Assembly (NCBI GenBank): GCA_964016885.1
Contig: OZ024741.1
Coordinates: forward strand, 144,150,001-144,214,000
Source of the DNA: Eledone cirrhosa
Lineage: Eukaryota
Length of the DNA: 64,000 nt
Reading direction: 5' to 3'
Shown here: positions 1 through 11,799 of the stretch, piece after piece
Layout of the letters: each line of letters starts with the position of its first letter
Position numbering within the stretch: position 1 is the first letter of the stretch
The notes under the pieces: model-generated
The model's input: only the letters and a program-made list of their open reading frames with translations
What the model was told of the DNA's origin: nothing
The model's database searches: none
Program-made: the position numbers and the translations under genes

Positions 1-3000
1 TGGTGTTAGTGGGCGACTGGAACGGGATCTTAGATGCACGCTGGGACTGTGTGGGGTTAGCGGATATGGGAGGAGGGTGTAAAAGCCTCGCAAACCTGCT
101 CAGACGTTTTCAATTGTCTGACAGGTACTGGATTTCCCGAATGTGCCAATGTGGACATGGGCTAACTGCATCGGGTCATCCAGATCGTATCTAAATAGGG
201 TATTTTGTAGGGTAATAGATAGGTCTAGTATAGGCTGTCCACAATTCAAGATAGTCGACTACACGGACCACAAATTGGTGATCTGTGTGGTCGACTTAGA
301 TAGGCTTCATAGACAGGGACCCGGCTACTGGAAGCTAAACACGTCGTTGACAGCGCGCAAAACCTTCAGAGACCGAATTAGCGAACTAGTTAAGCGGGCG
401 TTGGAGAGGGCAGTCGTCAACAACAAATCGTGGTTCGCCCTGAAAAAGGAGATTAGAATAGAGTCCATTAGGCTTAGTAAAGCGTTAGCAATAGAGAAAA
501 ATAGAACAGAGAGAGAATTAGACGAGGCGCTTAATAAAGGCATCGCGACCGACGTGCTTGAGGCGAAATTGGCCCTCGACCAATTCTTCAATGCAAAGCA
601 CGAAGACTGCGTTGCCAGAGCTAGGGCGCGTGCTCTCAGACACAAGGGGACGAAAGCCGTTCGATGGGCCCGAGTGGCGGAGGCGCGTCGTGGCAAGAAA
701 GCCACGATCCGGTCTTTAGGGGACCACGACGGGCACATGTTACTCGAACCCTAGCAAATGTGTGCGGCTTTTCAGCGGCACTTCGCTCAGCTGTTTGGGG
801 GCAGCAGTGGGTGGGATCGCAGGATGGCCTTTAGCGCCTACCTCGATGGACTGCCGCTGCTCTCGGCCACTGAAGCGGAGAGTTGCGAAAAGCCGATAAT
901 AGCCGCTGAAATACGGGTAGCAATGACTGACTGCACGATGGATAAATCACCTGGTTTGGATGGTCTGCTCTACGAGCTTTACGTACGCATGCCAGACTTG
1001 TTCTGTGACCTCTTGGAAGACGTCTACTGCAACAGGCAACAGAACGGGAGAATTACCAGCTCTGTGAGCCTAGGAGCGGTAACGCTGCTGTGAAAGGACC
1101 CGAACACGAGGGACAAGATAGATAATTTCAGGCCCTTAACTGCTAAACGCAGAGTTCAAGATTTTGGTGAAGGTGCTAGCAAAGAGGTTGGTGCTAGTCG
1201 TCGCTGGTCTGGTGGCAGAGGCGCAGACGTGCGCCATTCCAGACAGATCCATCCACGACAACCTCCACCTCATGCGATTTATCGTGGAGAGGGTAGCTAA
1301 CGAACCTGGCACGGGAGGGGCCCTTGATCAATTTAGATCAGTCGAAAGCTTTTGATAGGGTCGACTATCTTTATCTGATGGCGGTCCTGTGGGCGGCTGG
1401 CTTTGGGCCCGTCTTCAGAGGCTGGATTGCTGCCATGCACAGCGATATCTGCTCTGTGGTGAGAGTGAACAGTCAGCTTTCGGAACCGTTCAACATCATG
1501 CGCTCGGTCTGCCAAGGATGTCCCATTTCGTCCCAGTTGTACGTATTGACTCTCGAGCCATTACTGCACAAGCTGGAGACGTTGAGGAGCGTCCCGCGCC
1601 AACTGGGATGTGGGAGAACCGTGTCAGCCTAGTGGTGTCGAGTGCCAAACACATCGAGGCGATCGGCACTACACTAAGAGAATACGAGGCGCTGACAGGA
1701 GCAATGATTAACCAAGAAAAGTCAGTGGGCCTGCGGCTCGGCAGGTACATGCCGTCCAACAGCGTCGTCGGGCGCTGGACGGACGGACCGGTTAAATTGC
1801 TAGAGGTCTGGTTCGGTCCGGATCTCCAGACGGACAAAAACTGGGACGAGGTGACGAGCAGGGAGGCTTCTCTCAGCCAGAAATGGGCCGAGAGGAAGCT
1901 ATCCCTGAAAGGTCGAGCGGAGGTGGCTAACGCGTACATCGCGTCCGTCATCTACTACCGCCTGACCGTCGTGCCTTCTCCTAAGCCTCATCTGACTGCG
2001 TTGGAGCCTTTGCTCTTTCGAGTTTTGTGGGAGGGAGTGCTCCGATGGTCAGGCAGTCTATTTGCAGTCAAAACCCCCTACGTGGAGGGATGGGCATGCC
2101 GTGGTAGATGACGCGCAAACATGCACTCAGGCTATGGCATCTCCACGACGGTGATCAGATGTGGTCGCCGTTTACTAGATACGTTTTTCCCCAGCTCATC
2201 TCCTTGACGGAGCTGCAGTCATGGGTCAAGCGAAGACCGAGAGGGAGCGCTTGGAGATTGGAATGTCTTCAGGCGCTCACAGCTCTCGACCAATCGGGCG
2301 ATGCGATCGGTGGAAACTCCACCTTAGCGTTCTATAGAGGATTAGTGGAGGGAAAGAACGACGACGTCCTTGGGGAGACTCTGGGCGAAAATCAACTAGC
2401 CAATCTCTTCGGGAGAACTTTCGGGTCGGGGCCCATGGATAACTTCCAGAAATCCCTGGCCTGGCAGTGCTACCAGGGAGCTTTGCCAGTTCGGAATAAA
2501 CTCTACAGGGATGGAAGTACCGTCAACCGGGCCTGTCCGAGATGCGCGCAGGGCGACGAAACCGTTCTGCATGCACTCGTCCATTGTCCGAGCATTGCTA
2601 ACTTGTGGGTTTATGTCGAACTCCTGCTGTCACGTGTAGGATGGATCCGGCTATCCGACGCCTTCCTTTAGCCAGGAAAGGCAGGCAGTTTTTATCTGCC
2701 TGGTGGCCATGGCGAAAGAGGTCGTGTGGTGGACGCGTTTGAAAGGGCTGAAGACGGGCACTTACCTCTTCGGTGATGCCCTGATTAACTTTTTCAAATT
2801 TCATTTGAAAAGGAAAATCAGGATGGAGAGGGAAGTGCTCTCTTCCCAACAATTTGTTGAAAGATGGGTGAGAGAGGCAATCATGGCCCGAGTGAATGGA
2901 CCTGCTCTGAGTATGCGCTTGTAAATTGGAGGTGGAATACTGGGAGAGGGCACTTGCCCTGGTGGTCAGGGTCACCGTGGCTTTTTTAATGGGCTTTCTC

Positions 3001-3184
3001 CACGGAAGTCTCCCCCCATATTGGGGAATTTTCCTTTGTTTTTTTTTTTCATTTCCTTTGTTATTGTTTTTTATTTACACGCAAAAATGCCCATTTGTAC
3101 CGTTCTGTACCGTCCTGTGCTGTCCTCAACGTTATACTTTATGTCAACCCTTGTGGTTAATAAAGAAAGCATTATTATTATTAT
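1..3184 (+). mobile_element. Tx1/L1-clade LINE, family A copy 1 (decayed ORF2 + 3'UTR, cut by window start)
   Basis: Frameshifted ORF pieces carry APE motifs (GDWN, YTDH), KSPGLDG, RT (DQSKAFDRV, QGCP), and C-terminal CPRC..ETVLHALVHC. Stop at 2922-2924, AATAAA at 3159, then (ATT)n 3171-3184. Confidence 0.93.
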
Positions 3185-3315
3185 CGATACTTGTGTGACT
3201 TGTACTATTTCCAAGATGGCATTGAATCAATTCCAGAAAGAATGGTAAATTTCTCTTACTTCTTTTCAGAAACAGAATATTCCCAATATGCCGGAGGTGT
3301 CAGTCGTAGATTTAT

Positions 3316-3520
3316 ATGCTTGTTGTATTTGTTGTTGTGGGTGTTGTTGGTGTTGTTGTTGTTGGTAGCGTTGCTGTTGTTATTGGTGTTGCCGCAGCTG
3401 CTGTTATTGGTTTTGCCATCACTGTTGTTGGTGATGTAGTAGTAGTAATAGTAGTAGTTGCTGAGCTTGGAGTTATTTTTCTACTGCAGCTGTACTTGAT
3501 TGTTAACACTGTTATTGTTG
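3316..3520. repeat. (GTT)/(GTA) low-complexity tract
   Basis: Imperfect trinucleotide repeats; overlapping ORFs are poly-V/L/T artefacts. Confidence 0.85.
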
Positions 3521-3539
3521 TCATTTGTGCTCTGTGGAC

Positions 3540-3890
3540 GTGCACGGTCAAATGGTTAAGGAGTTCGCTTGACGAACATTAAGCGATATGTTCGATCCCA
3601 CTGCGTGACATCATGGGCAAGTGTCATTACCACAACCTCGTGTCGGCCTAAGTCTTGTGAGTTAACCTTGGTCGATAGAAACTAATTGAAAGCCAATCTG
3701 ATGGACTGTATCTGTAATTCAAAAGTCCAGCCTTTTCATACACTGTATGAAGCTGAATCTCCCGGAGCATTACATTAAGTGTACATGTATCTGAAGAATG
3801 CTCAGCCACGTTTACGTCAATTTCATGAGCTGGCTGTTCCAGCCATCGAACAACTGGATCACTCACCGTCGAAACTGACGGAGGTACATT
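3540..3890 (+). mobile_element. tRNA-headed SINE, family S1
   Basis: A/B-box-like head (atggttaagg...gttcgatccc). Body cccactgcgtg...ggcaagtgtc...gaaact and 3' module ...gtcgaaactgacggag are shared with copies at 22781 and 39090. Confidence 0.7.
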
Positions 3891-4324
3891 TCATTCCGTT
3901 GATACTCTTAATGTTTTTTTTTTCATTTTTGTTATTGTTGTTCTTCTCTCACCTATCCCTTCCTCGTCTTCCCCTCCTCTCTCTATCGGTGCTCTTCCGC
4001 CCTTCCTGAAGCAAAGCCCTAACACCTCCCTCTCTTCCTTCTATCCTACAACCCAATTCCATTCCATTATGCCGTTCTTGTAGCTACCAATATCTCCCAC
4101 ACCTATTAATATATTTGATCATCACCTCCCTCTTTCCTTTTAGTTATTCTTTTCTACTTCCCTCTCACCCAAACTTATCCTCCTTCCCAACCTCTCCTTC
4201 TCCAACCTCACCACGATCTTCATCCATCTTCACTTACTAATCTGATAACCTCCATACAGGAACATTTCTTACTCAATCTTATATTTCTAGCGCAACATTT
4301 CTGAAAGCTTTTAACTGATTTAAC

Positions 4325-4825
4325 ATCATCAGCAACAGCATTAACAAGATCAGTAAAAACAACAACACCAGCAACACTAGCAGTAGCAGCAGCAACACCA
4401 CCACCACCACCACTGCCGTCACCACCACCACCACCACCACCACCACCAACAACAACAGCAACAACAGCAGCTGAAATAGCAACAACAAAAGCAGCAGCAA
4501 AAACAGCACCAGAAACAACAACAGCAACTACCACCCAACAGCAACAACGGCACCACCAATACCACCACCAATACCATCACCATCACCACCACCACCACCA
4601 CCACCACCACCACCACCACTACCACGACCACCCCTACCAACATCCCCCACCACCTCCAACATTACCACCACCAAAAACAACAGCAGCAACAACAACAACA
4701 GCAACATCAACAACAAAAAACAACAACAACGGTAACACCACCACTACCACACTACCACCACCACCACCACTACCACACTACCACCACCACCACCATCACC
4801 ACCACCATCACGAACAACAACAATA
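4325..4825. repeat. (CAC)/(CAA)/(CAG) compound microsatellite
   Basis: Direct inspection. Confidence 0.9.
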
Positions 4826-5029
4826 ATAGGAACCAAAACCACACAGGAAAGTTCCAGAATCGAAGATAACCTTTAAAAAGAGAAACCTTTGCATCAACTC
4901 GAGTGGTGAACATATTTTCTGAGTTCTTCAATCAATGATATCAAGGTTACGGTTTCAATGTTGAATGTGTTCAATACCGTCTAGTTATTAGTCAAATATA
5001 TGACTACAAGATGTCTGCTTACGAGCAAA

Positions 5030-5510
5030 ATTATATATGTGTATGCGTGTGAGCGTGTGTGTAATATGTACGCGCGTATGCATGCATATATGCATGTATG
5101 TATAAATGTACTCATGCATGCACATATGTACAAACGGGAGAAAAAAAAATAATACATAGGTAAACATATGTATATATACACATACTTACATATACATGAA
5201 TACATACTTTCATAATACATACATACATACATACATACTTGCATACATACATGCTTACATACATACATAAATGCATACATACATGCATACATACATCCAT
5301 CCATCCATACATACATAAATGCATAAACACCCATCCATCCATCCATGCATACATACACACATACACTCACACACATACATACAGACATACATACAGACAG
5401 ACACACACATACACACATACATACACACATACATACACACATACATACACACACACATACATACACACACCTAAATACACATATACATACACACACACAC
5501 ATACATACTC
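5030..5510. repeat. (CATA)/(CA) compound microsatellite
   Basis: Direct inspection. Confidence 0.9.
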
Positions 5511-5617
5511 GCAAACAAAGAAAAGAAAAGATAAGAAAAGTAAACAAACATTTCCGAGATATACAAAAAGCAAATCATCAATTCACTGAAAATGGAATAA
5601 AAGAATGAGAAATGATC

Positions 5618-5935
5618 ATCCGTCGGTTGTGACGTTGATTATTCCAGTTCTTCTATCAACGAAATAGCTTGCTTGTGACATTAATGTCCGAGTAATTGAG
5701 CTTTCCACAGACACGTCTACCCCTCATCATAATTGTGGAGGAGATTCGGCGTGATAGAGTAGGAGACAAGGATGGCCCTTTGTATTACAGATGCAGTTCA
5801 TATTATATTATAATGTATGTGGTTGAGTATTCCACAAAATGTGTACCCTTAACGAAGCTCCCAGGGAGATTCATCATGACAGTGTGTGACGAAGTTGACC
5901 GTTGAATTACAGGTGCATTCCATCCGACGGGCTTC
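5618..5935 (-). mobile_element. SINE 3' module (S1/S2 shared tail), partly duplicated
   Basis: Reverse complement matches the 3' half of the 3540/39090 SINEs. The ccacagacacg..ccctt..ggagatt..tacag block occurs twice. Confidence 0.55.
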
Positions 5936-5962
5936 TAAATAATTTCTGTTTCTACTTTTTCT

Positions 5963-6281
5963 TAGACTTTATATATGGAGGAAACGATAATCTTTTCAGT
6001 GATTAGAACCTCAACAGGACTCCATCCAACCCTTCCAGTAATATAGATGCAGTGAAGTTACACTCTTCTATCGCAGGAGAACATCAGATGATAGTTTTCT
6101 TTTTATCAAAGTGACTATGACACTAATAAGCAAAGTAGTCTATACTGAGCTAACCGGCATCTTAACTCTCACCTTGAAGGTATTCGTCGTCGTCGTGGTC
6201 TTCTTCTTCTTCTTCTTCTTCTTCTTCTTCTTCTTCTTCTTCTTCTTCTTCTTCTTCTTCTTCTTCTTCTTCTTCTTCTTC
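5963..6281 (+). repeat. ~250-bp dispersed repeat ending in (TTC)n; inverted partner at 19775-20026
   Basis: Near-identical reverse complement of 19775-20026. The ORF track shows the same peptide MTMTLISKVVYTELTGILTL on opposite strands. Confidence 0.92.
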
Positions 6282-6729
6282 AGTGCGCCGTGGGAAGAGA
6301 GTCTTCTGACACACCTTCAAACCAACTCCAAATGATCCAGCCAGGTCCCCAACGGAGACCAACCAAGCTGCCGGTTAGCTTTGCCCTTAAAATCTGCCCT
6401 TTAAAGGGTACGATTTTGTAATACAGTAACAGGAAATAACAGGAAATAACAGCAAATAACAACATACCAAATGCACAAAAGGGATAGAAATACAGATAAA
6501 ATTCCTAGATACGATAACTGATGTAGTTTCTGTAGGATAAACACCAAAGGTATAACCCATATCGTAAACATCTGTGCGAAATATTACGAATCTATCTGCA
6601 CTTGAGGTATGTTGTAGTGACCAAAACACAGAATAGTCGTAAAGATAAAAATGCGACTTCATCCAGATGATTCTAACAAGGTCGATCAAGTCTCAGCCTT
6701 TGTAAATACAGAATTCTACTGACCCCACT

Positions 6730-6950
6730 CTACTGACATCTCGTTCACCTCTTTTTGTCTAGAGTGATCTCGATAACTTCTCTGCTGCTTTCACCCTTTT
6801 GCGTGGCTCTTCTTTTTCTTACTGTCGTAACACCCAAGCTTCCATGTCTTACTAAGATGACCTGCAAACTTTGATTACCTACTTGCACTGCCATGCTCTC
6901 TTCCTTTCGTTTGCTTTTGCCATCATCTCCTCCCAGAGGATGGGGGAGGC
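6730..6950 (-). pseudogene. Possible decayed C-terminus of an RLE-type non-LTR retrotransposon
   Basis: Minus-strand translation resembles the RLE C-terminal motif (..V.VG..FAG..L.KTW..LGV..RKRRA..AAEK.SR.L.TKRGE). Heavily degraded; recognised from memory only. Confidence 0.3.
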
Positions 6951-7089
6951 TCAGAGATCTGCGAAAAATGTACTACATTATGGAGTAATAGTATTACATT
7001 GGTGTAATTGCAATTAAGCGAAAGAAATATGGCAACGTAGTGTTGAATAATCTTTATTCAATGACAAAGAGTTATACAATTTCAAAGAG

Positions 7090-7530
7090 GCGAAGAAGAA
7101 AATAGACTGACATAAAGAGACAGACATACAGGTAGAAATACATAGAGGAACAAACAAACAGACAGATTAAAATACATAGAAAAACAGCCAGACAAGCAGA
7201 TAGAAATACATAGAGGAACAGACAGGCAGACAGACAGAGAGATATAGAGAGATAGATAGAAATACATACAGGATTAGACATACATATAGAAATACATAGA
7301 GGAACAGACAGGCAGACAGACAGACAGACAGAAATACATAGAGCAACAGACAGGCAGACAGAAATATATAGAGCAACAGACAGACAGACAGATTGACAGA
7401 GAGATCTGAGACAGATAAACAGACAGACACGACTTACAGATCCCTGACACACAGACAGAGTGACAGAAAGATCTGAGACAGATAAACAGACAGACACGAC
7501 TTACAGATCCATGGCAGACATACAGACAGA
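7090..7530. repeat. (GACA)/(ATAG) compound minisatellite
   Basis: Repeated agaaatacatagaggaacagacag units. Confidence 0.85.
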
Positions 7531-8337
7531 AGAGAAATCACACGGTTGCGTGACTTCAGCATTGTTATTACTGCTGCTGATGACAGTGTTTTTGTTTGTA
7601 GGTCAACAGGTGAGATAGTAGGTGAAGGGGGTCAGGTAAAGTGTCAGAAGATTAAATTGAATCAGACACGTGGCATCATGACATGTGATGGCCTACCTCC
7701 ATTCCATCTCCCTCTCCTTTTTCTCTCAAGCTCTCTCTCTATCTCTATCGCTCTGCATCTATATGTCCCTCCCTCTCTCCTATCTATCAATCTAGCCGCT
7801 CCCCCCCCCTCTCTCTCTCTATCGCTCTGCATCTATATGTCCCTCCCTCTCTCCTATCTATCAATCTAGCCGCTCCCCTCTCTACCCCACATGTCATCCA
7901 CTGTTTTCAATCAATCACATAAGCTTCTTATCGATGATGGAGACCTATCAAAATGTAATATGTGCAGGAGAAAGAGAGAGATAGAGAGGGAGACGGAGAG
8001 AGAGGCGGAGGGGGAGACAGAGAGGGAGAGCGGAGATTAGAAGAAAGGGAGGAAGACAGAAAGAAGATAGATAAGTTTCTTTTATTTGCCACTAGGGCAT
8101 CAAAAGTGGGACAAGTACAAAGGGGGGAGTTTACACAAAAAGGCGTCCTCAATAAGGAGGAGGCAATAACAAAATATAAAAATAAAATAAGATATAACAA
8201 AAAATAAAATTTTTAACAAAATCCTCAATAGAGAGGAGGCGCCTTGGGGGGTCGCACACACCCCCGAAAAAAGTGTGCAACCCTTTTCCTCAGGAGCACA
8301 GAGAGGGGGTGCTCCCTCGTTCCTTCCTCTTTTCCAC

Positions 8338-11300
8338 CTACAGGCTTATGTAAAGAGAAGACCCATTCACACGGGCCATTCTCGCCACTTTCACCCACCT
8401 TTCATAAAAACGACTGGGGTGCAGCACCTCTCTCTCCATCCTGATCCTTCTTCCGAAATGATATCGGAAGAAACGGACCAGTTGTTGGCCAGAGAGAAAG
8501 GCGCCCGACCTCAGTCCTTTCAGACGCGTCCACCATACAACCTCTTTCGCCATGGCTATTACGCACAGAAACACCGCCTCTGCTTCATCTTTGAAGGGGG
8601 GAGGCGGCTTGATCATTACAATAGACTCGGTGGTCAACCGGATCGGTCCCACCCTTGACAGCAGTTGTTCGACATAGCCCCACAGATCGGCTACGCCCGA
8701 GCAGTGTACCAATGCGTGTGCAACGGTTTCCTCGTCGCACACACATCTGGGACAGATCTTTTTGGCGGGGTCCCTACCCGGGCGCCCGTGTCTGTAGAGC
8801 CTTTCTCGAACGGGTAAAGCCCCTCGGTAGCACTGCCAGGCCAGGGACTTCTGGAAGTTGTCCATAGGTCCCGGGCTGAATGTCCTACCGAACAGGCTGG
8901 CCAGTTCGTCCTCCTCCATGTCTAGGGCTTCTCCGAGGGCGTCGTCGCACCTGCTGCGTACCAGCCCTCTATAGAATGTTGCGGTGGAGTCTCCACTGAT
9001 AACCGGATCCGCCTGCCAGAGGGCGGTGAGCGCCTGGGCACACTCAGTGTGCCAGGCGCCCAGTTTTCTCGGTCTCTGCTTGACCCAGGATTGCAGTTCG
9101 GTGAGTGAGATGAGTCTGGGAAAGGTTCGTCTCACAAACGGGGCCCACACCGGTTGTCCGGTGAGGAATACGTAGAGGTGCCGTAGCCTTAATGCGTGTT
9201 TACGCATCATTAGCCACGGCATCCCCAGCCCTCCTTTCGAAGGGTGTTGACAGCAGATGGATCTCCTCACCATAGGAGCCCGACCCTTCCAAAGGAATTG
9301 GAAGAGCGCGCGCTCCATCTTGGTGAGGGTTTCCCTTGGGCAGGGCACTACGGTCAGGCGGTAGTAGATGACGGACGCTATATAAGTGTTCGCCACCTCC
9401 GCCCGACCTTTCAGGGATAGTTTGCAACTGGCCCACTTCTGGGTCAGTGCAAACACCCTGTTCGTAACCTCCGCCCAGTTTTTCTCCACCTGGAGGTCCG
9501 GTCCGAACCAGACCCCGAGCAACTTCACCGGGCCCTCCGTCCAGCGTCCGACGACGCAATCGGAGGGCATCGGTCTGCCCCTCCACGTGCCGAGTTGCAA
9601 ACCGATCGACTTGTCCCGGTTCAGCTTAGCCCCTGTGAACTTTTCGTACTCCTCCAGTAAGGTGCCGACCGCCTCGATTTCGGAGGCCGTCGACACCATT
9701 ACTGTCACATCATCGGCGTAGGCTGACACCGCTTTCCGCAATCCCGGTTCCAAAGGGATGCCCTGCAACAACTCCAACTTCCGCAGTAGTGGCTCGAGAG
9801 TCAACACATACAGAAGGGAGGAGAGAGGGCACCCTTGTCGGATGGACCGCGCGATTTTGAACGGCTCCGAGAGGTAGCCGTTCACCTTGACCCTAGAGCA
9901 GATGCGGCTGCTGTGCATAGCAGTGATCCAGCCCCTGAAAACGGGTCCGAAGCCTGCCGCCGCTAGCACCGCATCCAGGTAACCATGGTCGACCCTATCG
10001 AACGCCTTAGATTGATCCAAGTTGATCAGAGCCCCACCAAAGCCGGGTTCGTTCCCAACCCTCTCTATGATGTATCGCATGAGGTGGAGGTTGTCATGGA
10101 TGGACCTGGACGGGATAGCGCATGTCTGCGCATCTCCCACCAGGTTGCCCACGACAAGCGCCAACCTCTTTGCTAGCACCTTGGCCAAAATCTGTAACTC
10201 TGTATTTAGCAGAGTTATGGGCCTGAAGTTACTTATTTCGTCCCCCTTGTTCTCGTCCTTCCTCACTAGCGTGACTACGCCCTTGGTCACAGTACAGGGA
10301 ATTCTCCCGTTCTGTTGCCAGTTGCAGTAGACCGCCTCGAGGAGATCGGGGAACAAGTCCGGCATAGCTAGATATAATTCGTAAGGAAGACCATCGAGAC
10401 CCGGGGATTTGCGTTTGCCGCATTGGCCCAGCACGTCCTCTATCTCAGCGGCCGAAATCGGCTCCTCGCAAGACTTCGCCTCCCTGTCCGAGAGGCGCGG
10501 CAGGCCGTCGAGGTATGGACCGAAGTCCACGTTTCCAACCGGCTCCCCGCCCCTTCCGAACAGTCGGGCAAAGTGCCTTTGAAAGGCCTCACACATCTGC
10601 TTAGGCTCAAGAATCGCCCGTCCATCCAGGTCTCGCAAAGACCGGATGGTGGATTTAGTTCCACTGTTGGCCTCTGTCACGCGGGCCCAGCTAACAGCTT
10701 TGGCCCCCTCGTTCCCTAGAGCACGTATTTTACTTCGGACAACGCAGCCTTCGTGCTTCGCGTCGAAAAACTGGCTCAAAGCCGTTCTCGACGCTAGCAC
10801 TCTGGCCACGTCGCCGCTTCTAATTGCCTCTTCTACTCTATCTATTAGCTCCCTTTCCTTCCTATTCCTATCCGCAGCTAGAACCTTACTAAATTCAATC
10901 GAGACTACTCTAATCTCTCTCTTTAGAGATACCCACCACCTGCTGTTGACGATCGCTCCAGTCAACCGTTCCTTAACTAACGTACTAATCCGATTCCTGT
11001 AGGTTCTACTTGCCGGCAAGGACAAGTTGAGCTTCCAGTAACCGGGGCCCTGTCTATGCGTTCTATCAAGGTTGACCATGCAGGTCACCAACTTGTGGTC
11101 TGAATAGCCAACCATGAGCATTTCTGGACAACTTAAAAAGTCCCTGTCCTTATTTCTAACTAAAAATCTATCTAGGTACGATCTAGATGATCCGCTGCGA
11201 TTTGACCAAGACCAGGTTGGCACCGTCGGAAAATCTAGTCGAAATCTATCGGCCAGGTCAAATCGGCCGAGTAACCCCTTGAGGCTGTTGCACCCCTCTC

Positions 11301-11775
11301 TATCGGGACATGCCCCTGCATAGTCCCAACGTGCATCCAGGATACCATTCCAATCCCCCACTAAAAGCAGGGAACGGGACGTCCCTAGAAAAGACTCCAG
11401 ACGCTGGAAAAAGTCGGGCCGCTCTGTCCCAAAAGGGGCATATGCGGCTATCAGCCTAAAGGCTCTACCTTCACCACTGCCAAGGTCCAGCACCACCAGT
11501 CGACCCCCTGGGTCCAAGTGAACTATCTGTGTTGCAAGGCCCATATGTTTTTGCAGCAGAACGACAACCCCACCCCCACCTCCGGGCTGACAGAGAGATG
11601 CGTGCATCTCAAAGTCGTCAAAGGTGGGGGCTAGCTGTCGCATGCTGCTGATCCGGGCCTCGCAGATAACCATCACATTTATAGATTGTGACCTGAGGTC
11701 ATTTAGAAGCATTGCTTGCTTCCAAGACGAGCCCAGGCCACGCGCATTTAGACACCCTACTCTTAGCACAGCCAT
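8338..11775 (-). CDS. ORF2p: APE endonuclease + reverse transcriptase + C-terminal zinc-binding domain (1145 aa from ATG 11775)
   Basis: GCLNARG, CE, AYAP, GDWN, SYLDRF, SDH (APE); KSPGLDG, NFRPITLLN, DQSKAFDRV, RQGCPLS, YADD (RT); CPRC..ETVAHALVHC. No stops. Confidence 0.96.
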   Translation of the reverse strand: MAVLRVGCLNARGLGSSWKQAMLLNDLRSQSINVMVICEARISSMRQLAPTFDDFEMHASLCQPGGGGGVVVLLQKHMGLATQIVHLDPGGRLVVLDLGSGEGRAFRLIAAYAPFGTERPDFFQRLESFLGTSRSLLLVGDWNGILDARWDYAGACPDREGCNSLKGLLGRFDLADRFRLDFPTVPTWSWSNRSGSSRSYLDRFLVRNKDRDFLSCPEMLMVGYSDHKLVTCMVNLDRTHRQGPGYWKLNLSLPASRTYRNRISTLVKERLTGAIVNSRWWVSLKREIRVVSIEFSKVLAADRNRKERELIDRVEEAIRSGDVARVLASRTALSQFFDAKHEGCVVRSKIRALGNEGAKAVSWARVTEANSGTKSTIRSLRDLDGRAILEPKQMCEAFQRHFARLFGRGGEPVGNVDFGPYLDGLPRLSDREAKSCEEPISAAEIEDVLGQCGKRKSPGLDGLPYELYLAMPDLFPDLLEAVYCNWQQNGRIPCTVTKGVVTLVRKDENKGDEISNFRPITLLNTELQILAKVLAKRLALVVGNLVGDAQTCAIPSRSIHDNLHLMRYIIERVGNEPGFGGALINLDQSKAFDRVDHGYLDAVLAAAGFGPVFRGWITAMHSSRICSRVKVNGYLSEPFKIARSIRQGCPLSSLLYVLTLEPLLRKLELLQGIPLEPGLRKAVSAYADDVTVMVSTASEIEAVGTLLEEYEKFTGAKLNRDKSIGLQLGTWRGRPMPSDCVVGRWTEGPVKLLGVWFGPDLQVEKNWAEVTNRVFALTQKWASCKLSLKGRAEVANTYIASVIYYRLTVVPCPRETLTKMERALFQFLWKGRAPMVRRSICCQHPSKGGLGMPWLMMRKHALRLRHLYVFLTGQPVWAPFVRRTFPRLISLTELQSWVKQRPRKLGAWHTECAQALTALWQADPVISGDSTATFYRGLVRSRCDDALGEALDMEEDELASLFGRTFSPGPMDNFQKSLAWQCYRGALPVRERLYRHGRPGRDPAKKICPRCVCDEETVAHALVHCSGVADLWGYVEQLLSRVGPIRLTTESIVMIKPPPPFKDEAEAVFLCVIAMAKEVVWWTRLKGLRSGAFLSGQQLVRFFRYHFGRRIRMEREVLHPSRFYERWVKVARMARVNGSSLYISL

Positions 11776-11799
11776 GTTGGTGGTAAAGAGAAAAGGCAC

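Noticed and set aside
3540-3610. tRNA genes at SINE heads
   Set aside because: A/B-box-like motifs only; no cloverleaf, and they continue into SINE bodies.
5963-6215. snRNA (U2-like) identity for the inverted repeat, since Tx1 elements can target snRNA genes
   Set aside because: No match to the conserved U2 5' sequence or any other snRNA I recognise.
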